The notes under the pieces: generated by a model
The model's database searches: none
What the model was told of the DNA's origin: nothing
The model's input: only the letters and a program-made list of their open reading frames with translations
Source of the DNA: Diplonema japonicum
Lineage: Eukaryota; Protista; Euglenozoa: Diplonemea
DNA length: 64,000 nt
Direction: 5' to 3'
Assembly: GCA_964019335.1 (NCBI GenBank)
Contig: OZ025696.1
Location: forward strand, 434,001 to 498,000
Shown: positions 18,944 to 27,927 of the stretch, in pieces
Layout of the letters: the number at the start of each line of letters is the position of its first letter
Position numbering within the stretch: the stretch's first letter is position 1
Position numbers and translations under genes: made by a program

Positions 18944-21900
18944 CTACAGGTACAGGCGCTCGCTCTGAGTGGGTGGCTCATTCGAGGCCATACACTCAGT
19001 AAACTCATCGAGGGTGACCATGTTCGCCCTATGCCGCACGATCATGATCCCCGCCACACCAGCACACAGCGCCAGCACGGAACCAGCAATGGCCACAATG
19101 TACCACGGGAACGACCCCCCATCCTCCTCAGGCTGCATGACAGGTGCCTCCTCACCACCAAGCTCGGGAGCACTTCTCGTGCCGCTGCTTTCATTGCTGG
19201 GAGACACGGTTTCAGGCACACCACCGTCCCCTGGAGAGAACGTCCTCGGGGCTTCTGTTGTTTCCTTGCTCGGTGCCACGGTGTCTGTGGTCGTCCCGTT
19301 GCCCCCCGGTGACGCCGTCCTCGGGGGCTCAGTGGAGGTGCTTCCTGGAGAAAGCGTTTCCGGAGCCGCAGTGCTTGGTGCTTCGGTGGAAGGGGCTGCG
19401 GTGTCCCCTGGGGTCAGGGTTGCAGGGGCAGCAGTCGTTGCAGGGGATCCTGTCTTCGGTGCGGGGGTGTCTGGTGCCGCTGTCTTCCCAGGGGTGAGTG
19501 TTGCAGGAACCGAAGTGGCTGGTGCTGCAGTGTCAGGGACTGGTGTCCTTGGAGCAGGTGTTTCAGGTGCCGCTGTCTTCCCAGGGGTCAGTGTTGTTGG
19601 CGTCTGCGTTGCGGGAGCCGAAGTGGCTGGTGCTGCAGTGTCAGGGACTGGTGTCCTTGGAGCAGGAGTCACTGGTGCCGCTGTCTTCCCAGGGGTCAGT
19701 GTTGCTGGCGTCTGTGTTACAGGAGCCGTAGTGGCTGGTGCTGCAGTGTCAGGCGCTGGTGTTCTGGGTGAAGCCGTGACAGGGCTAGTTGTGTCGGGAA
19801 CAAGGGTTTCAGGAGCAGGGGTATCAGGTGCCGCTGTCTTTCCAGGGGTCAGTGTTGTTGGCGTTCGTGTTGCGGGAGCACTTGTTTCAGGAGCAGAGGT
19901 ATCAGGGGTCGGTGTCTTTGGAGCAAGTGTGTCAGGGGCTGCAGTTCTGGGAGCGAGGGTATCAGGGGCTGATGTCTTTGGAGCCGAAGTGACTGGCGCT
20001 GGTGTACTGGGTGAAGCCGTGACAGGGCTAGTTGTGTCGGGAACAGGGGTTTCAGGAGAAGAAGTTTCAGGGACTGACGTCTTTGGTGCAGGAGTGTCAG
20101 GAGCAGAGGTATCAGGGGAAGAAGTGTCAGGAGCAGAAGTGTCAGGGGCAGACGTCTTTGGTGCAGGAGTGATAGGAGCAGAGGTATCTGGAGAAGAAGT
20201 TTCAGGGGCCGACGTCCTTGGAGCAGGAGTGTCAGGAGAAGAGGTATCAGGGGCTGATGTCTTTGGAGCAGGAGTGTCAGGGGCTGTGGTTCTGGGAGCG
20301 AGGGTATCAGGGGCTGATGTCTTTGGTGTAGGAGTGTCAGGAGAAGAGGTATCAGGAGAAGAGGTATCTGGAGAAGAGGTATCAGGGGCAGAAGTATCAG
20401 GAGCAAGAGTGTCCGGGGCGGGGGTGTCTGGAGCAGGAGTGTCCGGGGCATCGGTTTTCTCCACAGCGCAGGTTGTGAAGGAGTTGTCGATGAGGATCCA
20501 CTGCCTGTAGGACTCCGGACGGTAGCAGACCTTGTACTCTGTCTCACCTTGTAGCTTCGGGAGGGTGCTGGGGCTCCACTCCGTTGCGGTCCCCACCCTC
20601 ACCATGGACCCCACGGAGGCGGAGCAGCCGTCCAGCGCCACGCACTCCGTCTCAGCATTCTTGCAGTCCGTTGTGGTGCCGGCGACGATCGCCACCTTGT
20701 CGGAGGCCGACAGCTTGTCCGTCCCGGGGTAGAAGTGGAAGACGGGGGCATCCTTCCCGGGCTTCGGGCAGGCCGGAGTGAGCGAGAGCTGCGGGTCGCG
20801 GTGGCCACAAAGCAGAGCCACAGAGTCTATGTAGCAAGCCCCCGTACCAGCCGGGGAGGTGGAGAACTGGAGCTCCGCAACCGACTCGAAGCCGTTCGGG
20901 ATCTTGGGGGCGACAGAGGTCTCCACCACCCCGTCCAAGGTCACCGTGATGTCCTTCGTCTCCCAGTTCAGTGCGAGCTCGACCTTGTGCCAGGTCCCCA
21001 GGTTCACCTTCCCGAAGTAGCTTGTTGGGTCTGTGTTCAGCTTCACTCCGAACGAGTCGCCGATCCCGATGTACACACGGATGCGCTCCCCAGTCGCCGC
21101 CTTCAGCGAAACCGACAGCTGCACGTTCTCCTTTTCTATCTGCGCAAAGAAGGAGAGGGTGGAGGCCCGGATCCCTCCCGTTGATGAAGAGTAGAGGAAA
21201 CCGTAGTCCTTGAAGGTGAAGGACCCCGCCCCTTCCTTCTTCACAGCCGTCGTGACCTCTGCGATGGAGGAGGCCACCGTCGCCGGGTCGTCGAACGGGA
21301 GGTTCACGCTGTGGTGGCACTCCCCGGGAATCTGGAACTCGAGGTCCTTGTGCGACCACACGGGTTTCGTTCCGCTCTTGAACATCGCCCCAGTGAGGTA
21401 CAGGTCCACAAGCTCAGTCGCCGAGGTGCGGAAGGTGGGCGCCGCCTTCAGAGGGCCCAGCGTCACCACCTGCCCCGCGATGGTGACGAGCGAGGTGTCG
21501 AGCATCGTCCCCCGAAGCCCGTCCCACCCCGTCGCCGACAGGTGGTCCGGTACCATCGCCTCGATCACCGCCTGCTTCGTCGCCTCCGAGTCCACCCACT
21601 CGTCGTGGTCCCCCACGAGTGTCAGCGTCATCGTCGTCCCCCCCGCCCGAAGCTGGTCCTGCGTCAGCCCCTCCACAACGCTCCCCGTCATCAGGATGTA
21701 GTCCGTACACCACAGGTGGAACTCGTCGAACCACGCCCCTCCAGATAGGCTCACTTTGCTGATCCCGTCAGGGCAGCTGCTGCTGAACCCCGAAGTCGCC
21801 TCCTTCTTCCCGTCCACGTACAGGTCCACCTTTCCAGCCCCCGCCCAGTCGACGTGCAGGTCGAAGTGGTAGAACTCCTTCGGCTCCGCTTTCAGGGTCG

Positions 21901-23494
21901 CCGTCGCCGCGGCCGTGAACCCAAGGCGCCACGCCCCGTTCGCGTACCGCACCGAGAAGCACGTCCCCGCCGAGCTGCTGAAGAACGCGGCCGGGGTCTC
22001 CGGGTCCGCGAAGCGCGCCGCGTAGAAGGTGATCCTCCGAGGCTTGCTGTGCGTCCCCAGCCCCAGCTTCCCCGCCCCAAAGACGGTGTCGTCGTTCTCG
22101 TCCCCCAGCTTCCACGACCCGGTCCCTTCCGCAAACTTCGCCACGTCCAAGAGCGACGACCCCGGATCGCCGGTCGACTCCCACGACCCGAGGTCGCCGT
22201 CGAAGGCGTTCACCTGGTTCGCAGGGCAGTCCGCGAACCCGGCGCACTCCAGCCCCCCATAGCCCCCGTCGCACTTGCACGGCGACTTCGCGTCGTTCGT
22301 GCACGTCCCGCGCTCCCCGCACACCTTCGCGTCGTTCGCCGGTACCCCGAAGCACACCGCCTCAGCGTTCACCACCGTCACCCCCACCGCACACGTCGTC
22401 TCCACCCCGTCGCTCCCCTTGAAGGTCGTCGCCAGCACGAAGTCCTTCCCCACATCCGAGGTGTCCGGGGTGAAGGCCACCTGCGCGAAGCCCACCCGCC
22501 AGATATTCCCGCCATCGGCCACAGTCTTCGTGGTGCGTGCCCCGGGTGCCGTCGTCTCCCCGTACGACACCGTCATCGTCTTCCCCTCCGCGTACAGCCC
22601 GTTGAACTCCACCAGCCACTCCTTGCTGTGCGGGATGAGGTGCTTCTTCGCCGCCCCTCCCCCTCCTCGCGACGTCCGGCAGGTCGGTGCTGTGAACTCC
22701 TTCACGCACCCGTTGTACATGAAGTCGATCGTGTCAACGTCCCCCGCCGACAGCCCCACCCGCTGCCCGATGGGTGCGGGTGCCACGATCGACGGTGACG
22801 ACCCCGCCGCGAAGTAGAACGCCCCGTAGTGCATGATGCTCCCGTAGTCGTAGGCCCCGATGCTGCGCCCAGCCGCCCCCGTCTTCGAGAACTGCCCCAA
22901 CCCAGAGGGCTTGATCTCTGCCGTGTCCACGAACACGTAGCTGTCCCTGTCGTTCCGCGTCTGCTCGTGCATGAGCCCCAGGCTGTGCCCCAGCTCGTGG
23001 ATCGTCGACCCCCCCGAGCAAGACGACGCCAGGTTGACCTGGTTCACATCGTCCACGTCCTGTGTCATCCCGAGGGGCGAGTTGCAGGCGTTCTTGTCGG
23101 AGATGAAGTACACGTACGGCTTGGCACACCCCGCCTTCGTCGCGCACCGCGTGAACCGGATGCACGTCTTCGCCTCCCAGTGCGCCACAGCGTTCAGGAT
23201 CCTCCAGTCGTCCGCCGGCAACAGGAAGCTCCCCGCGGGGTTCCTCGGATTCGTCTCCGCCGTCTCGATGTAGTACCGCACCTTCCCCTCGGGCCACAGG
23301 TTCGAGGTGGTCGCGAAGCTCGACCCCAACAGCCGCCCCTCCCGTTCTCCCGCCTGCAACGGGACCTGGATGTCCCCCTCCAACAGCGTGTAGTCGTGGT
23401 GGCTCTCCTTCGCAGCCCGTCCTTCAACGAGCAGGTCCCCTCCACCAGTAACCCCCAACAACAGCAGCAACAGGTGCCGGCAGATCCCTTTCAT
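18944..23494 (-). CDS. Type I membrane astacin metalloprotease (copy B)
   Basis: Near-identical to copy A; differs mainly in the stalk repeat array and cytoplasmic tail. Confidence 0.93.
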   Translation of the reverse strand: MKGICRHLLLLLLGVTGGGDLLVEGRAAKESHHDYTLLEGDIQVPLQAGEREGRLLGSSFATTSNLWPEGKVRYYIETAETNPRNPAGSFLLPADDWRILNAVAHWEAKTCIRFTRCATKAGCAKPYVYFISDKNACNSPLGMTQDVDDVNQVNLASSCSGGSTIHELGHSLGLMHEQTRNDRDSYVFVDTAEIKPSGLGQFSKTGAAGRSIGAYDYGSIMHYGAFYFAAGSSPSIVAPAPIGQRVGLSAGDVDTIDFMYNGCVKEFTAPTCRTSRGGGGAAKKHLIPHSKEWLVEFNGLYAEGKTMTVSYGETTAPGARTTKTVADGGNIWRVGFAQVAFTPDTSDVGKDFVLATTFKGSDGVETTCAVGVTVVNAEAVCFGVPANDAKVCGERGTCTNDAKSPCKCDGGYGGLECAGFADCPANQVNAFDGDLGSWESTGDPGSSLLDVAKFAEGTGSWKLGDENDDTVFGAGKLGLGTHSKPRRITFYAARFADPETPAAFFSSSAGTCFSVRYANGAWRLGFTAAATATLKAEPKEFYHFDLHVDWAGAGKVDLYVDGKKEATSGFSSSCPDGISKVSLSGGAWFDEFHLWCTDYILMTGSVVEGLTQDQLRAGGTTMTLTLVGDHDEWVDSEATKQAVIEAMVPDHLSATGWDGLRGTMLDTSLVTIAGQVVTLGPLKAAPTFRTSATELVDLYLTGAMFKSGTKPVWSHKDLEFQIPGECHHSVNLPFDDPATVASSIAEVTTAVKKEGAGSFTFKDYGFLYSSSTGGIRASTLSFFAQIEKENVQLSVSLKAATGERIRVYIGIGDSFGVKLNTDPTSYFGKVNLGTWHKVELALNWETKDITVTLDGVVETSVAPKIPNGFESVAELQFSTSPAGTGACYIDSVALLCGHRDPQLSLTPACPKPGKDAPVFHFYPGTDKLSASDKVAIVAGTTTDCKNAETECVALDGCSASVGSMVRVGTATEWSPSTLPKLQGETEYKVCYRPESYRQWILIDNSFTTCAVEKTDAPDTPAPDTPAPDTLAPDTSAPDTSSPDTSSPDTSSPDTPTPKTSAPDTLAPRTTAPDTPAPKTSAPDTSSPDTPAPRTSAPETSSPDTSAPITPAPKTSAPDTSAPDTSSPDTSAPDTPAPKTSVPETSSPETPVPDTTSPVTASPSTPAPVTSAPKTSAPDTLAPRTAAPDTLAPKTPTPDTSAPETSAPATRTPTTLTPGKTAAPDTPAPETLVPDTTSPVTASPRTPAPDTAAPATTAPVTQTPATLTPGKTAAPVTPAPRTPVPDTAAPATSAPATQTPTTLTPGKTAAPETPAPRTPVPDTAAPATSVPATLTPGKTAAPDTPAPKTGSPATTAAPATLTPGDTAAPSTEAPSTAAPETLSPGSTSTEPPRTASPGGNGTTTDTVAPSKETTEAPRTFSPGDGGVPETVSPSNESSGTRSAPELGGEEAPVMQPEEDGGSFPWYIVAIAGSVLALCAGVAGIMIVRHRANMVTLDEFTECMASNEPPTQSERLYL

Positions 23495-23693
23495 GGTTCT
23501 TTTTTTTTTTCTTTTTTCTTTTCTTTTTTTCTTTTTTCTTTTTTGCGGGGTGTACGGCTTTTGCTTTTTTATTATGTCGGAAAACCTGTTTTGTATTTGT
23601 GAGTTGCGTTGAGTGCTGATGAGGATGAGGATGAGGGGGAAACCTAAATGGGGAAAAGAAATGGGAACAATAAAAGCAAGTTACGAGGGGGGG

Positions 23694-23695
<2 letters not shown>

Positions 23696-23790
<95 letters not shown>
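23696..23790. repeat. (GA)n microsatellite
   Basis: Direct reading; much shorter at the paralogous sites (about 13213 and 14907). Confidence 0.97.
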
Positions 23791-23792
<2 letters not shown>

Positions 23793-24105
23793 CTGCTTCA
23801 ACGATATATTGCAGGTGCAAAAAGGTTGGAAATGGTGGGCTGAGTACAATGTTTTGTCTAATATTAAACTCTTTCTCTCATCTGATAGGTGGGACATTGT
23901 TGAAAATATAATCCTCATGGTTTGTTTGTTTTGTTATTGATGCAAAAAAAAGTACCTGTCAGATAATGTACCAATGTTGCCTGGTCTTCTGTCTTCTGCC
24001 TTTGACAACAAGAAGTGTTGACAACAAGAGCCAGTGTGCAGAATGACACGAATAATAATATCGCCTATTTCCTCTGAAGGCCCCTTTTTATTCATGTTTT
24101 TTTTA

Positions 24106-24928
24106 CGCTCTATATTCGCTAAGTGACCCACCAGAACCCGCATTTTGAGCTAAAAAAATTTCTAATTGCCTTTTCTAGGGCTGGAATGGATTTATTTGCG
24201 TCCGGGGCCGAATGTTCGACATATGGAATTTTTTTTGTAATAATTTTTTTTTTGGTGATTTGCCTTACTTTGTACTATACAAAATGAAGCAGCTCCGGTG
24301 GAAAAAAACACAGCACAAGTGGGGTTCGAACCCTGATGAAAAAAACCACTGCGTCGGGATTCGAACGCGACTCCTGGAACAAGGGGGCTTGACAGGTGAG
24401 CACAGTAACCACTCTACCACACAGGAATTCAAAAACTCTGACCCCCCATCTTTACTCAGGCATCCTGCATAGTGAGTGGAGTAGGTCCCTTCTTTCCACA
24501 CCAGATATCCTCTGCGATACACACTCACGATGCGCCTCAGCCCATCAACACTGTGATGAATAAACACAGAATAAGTCCCCTGTGGTGAGCCTAAAAAAAT
24601 CCGCTGGAGTGGGACTGGTCAGGAAGATGCTTCGAACCCTGTTAACCATGTTTTCAAAGGGAAAAGTGCCCAGTTGCAAAAGTTTGGCAAAAATGGCCAA
24701 AACCCAAAATGGCGACTTCCAAGGTCATTTTGGTTGGCCCCCAATATTTCTTTTTTGGAAAAATCTTTTTGGAACTTCCTTGGAACTCACCGTTCTTTCA
24801 TGTTCGACATATGGATTTTTTGGAAAAAAAAATTCAATGAACCTTTGGGCATTTTTGACATTTTTTCCCCTATAGCCCCCTATAACCCCTTTGGGACATA
24901 GGGCGGGTCACTTAGCGAATATGGAGCG
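24106..24928. mobile_element. Non-autonomous TIR element containing a tRNA-like cassette
   Basis: 24-bp TIRs cgctctatattcgctaagtgaccc / gggtcacttagcgaatatggagcg; empty site at about 15208; second copy at 26674-27282. Confidence 0.85.
24346..24425 (-). pseudogene. tRNA-Asp(GTC)-like sequence (Pol III A and B boxes followed by a T-run)
   Basis: ctgtgt/acgcag acceptor pairing, TGGTAGAGTGG A box, ctGTCaa loop, GTTCGAATCC B box, ttttttt. Anticodon and variable arms are disrupted. Confidence 0.6.
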
Positions 24929-25597
24929 ATAAATCATTTTGAAAAAAGAGGGGGGGGGGGTGGGGGGTGAGGGGGGTCAAAGGCGGTGTGAGGGAGATGA
25001 CGCAGAATAAAGGTGTCTTTGAAAGGAACCTGCAGTGTGTGACAGGATCGCCTATTTCTTAGCCCTCTCCAGATAGCACTGAGCTACGTGAATTCTCACA
25101 AGCCCCACGGGTCATGGAGAAGAAAGACAGAGAGGAAGAAGAGAGGTAGAAGAAGGGGAAATAGTTTTTAGCTGCATTAAACCGCCTGGCATACGAGCAA
25201 ACTTCAAAGCAAAAAAAAAGATGTCTTCGAAAGAAAAAAGAGGATAGAAAAGGGACTCCGGGAGGAGAAAAATAAAAATTATTTGTGAATTATTAAAATT
25301 ATCTGGAAATAAATAATTTTAATTTTCGACAATAAGGAAAATAAAAAAAGAAGAAAGAGAGAAGGAAAAAAAAAAAAAAAAAAGAAACAAGAAGAAAAAA
25401 GAGGAACTGGCCGTTGTTTGTACGTGCAGGGTAAGACCTGGAGAACTGGGAAAGGTTTGTCAACCCGAAACACGTTGCCAACGTTCCCCTTTTGTTTAGA
25501 CAAGTCAAAGACTCGTTCTTGCAAAAAGAAAAGAGGAGGACTACTCCAAAAAGATATAGAAACCTTTTGAAGAGTTCCTCCTGTTAAACCAAACAAC

Positions 25598-26347
25598 TCA
25601 GATTCTACCACAGCCACCCTCTGCATTGCGGGGCGCATTGGGGTGTTTGAGGCCATGAGGATAAGTAGGCTGAGTGACGTTCTTAGTTTGCTCCTGCATT
25701 TCCTCATCATCCTTGTGAAGGGGCACAGGGTCGGCCACCTCCAGACGGGTGTAGTACATGAACCCAAAGAAAACAGGAGCCAGCGAGAAGAAAACATCGA
25801 GACACACCAAGAAGATATTTGAGGTCGTGAAGCCCATCGAGGTGCGGGCGGAGGGTGCATGGTTGCAGTCGTTTGTGGACCACGCCTCGCACGTCACATT
25901 GGCAACATCATTGTACGCATTGATCATGTCCCTGCTACACGTGCTGTTCGCAAGGCAGGGAAGCTCTGCCTCCCCACATCCTTGGAAAGAGCTCTGCCCC
26001 ACCTGACAGGAAGCAGCAACCATGACAGTGGCAGCAACTGTCATCACAACCTTCCCAACTACCACCACAACACCGTACAGGACATATACAGCCAGCATCC
26101 CACGGTTCACCTTCATTGCACCCCATAACCCAAAGGGGAAGGCCGTCCACAGGAGGATGAGCCCCGCCACAGCGGCGTTGTGCTCCGCCTTGTTGTTCTT
26201 CGTTGTGAAAAGAACGATGAGCGCAGTCACCGTGCTGAAGATGTAGGTGATGATGAAGTTCTCGATGAAGAAGTAGCGCAGCTGCTTCGCGTCGAGCATG
26301 TCCTCCCCAACAGAGGTCTTCAACAGGTTCCAGTAGGAGGTCGACAT
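25598..26347 (-). CDS. Four-TM tetraspanin-like protein, copy B
   Basis: Translation identical to 16500-17249. Confidence 0.8.
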   Translation of the reverse strand: MSTSYWNLLKTSVGEDMLDAKQLRYFFIENFIITYIFSTVTALIVLFTTKNNKAEHNAAVAGLILLWTAFPFGLWGAMKVNRGMLAVYVLYGVVVVVGKVVMTVAATVMVAASCQVGQSSFQGCGEAELPCLANSTCSRDMINAYNDVANVTCEAWSTNDCNHAPSARTSMGFTTSNIFLVCLDVFFSLAPVFFGFMYYTRLEVADPVPLHKDDEEMQEQTKNVTQPTYPHGLKHPNAPRNAEGGCGRI

Positions 26348-26673
26348 CTTGTCGTTTTTTGGTTTTTTTTTTTTTCTCTTTTTTTTTTGTGTAAACCTTT
26401 TTTAAGTAGGGGCGCCTCACTTTTGTCGTTAAAAACTTATCGTTGTTTGGGGGAGGAGGGAGGGGAAAGGGGAATATAAAACGTTGCAGCTAGAGACATA
26501 GAGAGAAATGGGGAGGGGGGGGGGGGGGGGGGGTTACAAATTTTTGTATGTACAAAAACTTACTTTGCCCCCCTCTCCTATTTTTCATTACTTAAGTACA
26601 TAAATATAACTGTGCCCACCCACGTTTGTAAAAGATATTTAGTTTTCATGCTCGAGAAGAAGAAAAAAACCAA

Positions 26674-26853
26674 CGCTTCATATTCGCTAAGTGACCCGGC
26701 CTCCCGGGTTCATAGGGGTTTCAAGGGGGGGGGGGAAACCTCGAAAAATGGCAAAAATGCTCAAAGGTTTTCGCTGATCTTTTCTGTTCAAAAAATCCAT
26801 ATGTCGGACATGAAAGAACGGTGAGTTCCAAGGAAGTTCCAATAAAGCTTTTC

Positions 26854-26904
<51 letters not shown>

Positions 26905-27282
26905 AAGAAAAAGAAGAAGAAGAAGAAATCTTGGGGGCCAACCAAAATGACCTCAGTAGTCGCCATTTTGCACCTGGGCACTTTTCCCTTTTGAAGAACT
27001 GGTTCGAAGTCAGAAGGCGGCATCTTACCGTACTCACCCGTCAGGAGTCGCGGGTTCGAATCCCGACGCAGTAGTTTTTTCTCATCAGGTTCGAACTCCG
27101 CCTGTGTTGTGTTTTTTTACACCGGGGCTGCCTTTGCACAGTACAAAGTCAGGCTAATCACCAAAAGAAATCCATATGTCGGACGCAAATAAATCCGTTC
27201 CATCCCTAGAGAAAGCAATTGGAAATTCTTTTACCCCCCTCATAATGCGGGCTGTTATGGGTCACTTAGCGGATATGAAGCA
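26674..27282. mobile_element. Second, inverted copy of the tRNA-cassette TIR element
   Basis: TIRs cgcttcatattcgctaagtgaccc / gggtcacttagcggatatgaagca; tRNA 3' half ggagtcgcgggttcgaatcccgacgcag at about 27044-27071. Confidence 0.82.
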
Positions 27283-27290
27283 CAAATGTA

Positions 27291-27322
<32 letters not shown>

Positions 27323-27332
27323 CTCGATGATT

Positions 27333-27637
27333 TAAAGGAAGCCGGTGGGGGCACCCTGCACAAGCACCATTTACTTGATTACAGGGCGCACCTCGGCCTA
27401 GCTGTAGCTTCTTCTGCGTTCCGCGTCGTGTCCTTAATGCGTGCGGTGTGCAACTCAACCCCAGCCGGGGCGCCCCGGGTAACCAAGATTCTGAGCCCGT
27501 GTAGTTTGCTGCCTGTTCGCCACCCAGAGCATCTGCTTCTTTCACTTGGGCGCTACCGGTGATGACCGACGGGGTGGTCAACAGCGAACAACACATCTGA
27601 TGTACTTCTTTTTATTTCCATGTTATCCCCACCACCT
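27333..27637. repeat. Unclassified dispersed repeat, copy 1
   Basis: Aligns with 34811-35065 and with the window end (63951-64000). Confidence 0.8.
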
Positions 27638-27927
27638 GAGAAAAGAAAAGAAAAACCCCAAAGTGAAAGAAAAAAAAGAAGAAAAAAAAAACGCTTTCAG
27701 AAAAAAAAAAAAGAGTGTCAAAGTACTAGTTGGGATAGATAGATACACTAGCAACAGCGGGAGGGTGCGGTTAAAAAAAAAAAAAAGAAAGAAAGAAAGA
27801 AAGAAAGATCAAAGTTTTTTTTTTTTAATCTCACGAACGTGTGCAAAAAGAAAGGAAACACTTCTCAGCTTACGGTGGTTAGATGGCCGGCAAGCAGCAA
27901 TGGCTAGGGATGGCACAGACGGCCGCC

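Larger units (their letters stand above)
17555..26412. repeat. Segmental duplication unit B
   Basis: Colinear with 5895-17310. Confidence 0.85.

Noticed and set aside
24346-24425. Functional tRNA-Asp gene
   Set aside because: Anticodon stem, variable region and T stem are disrupted, and it lies inside a TIR element.
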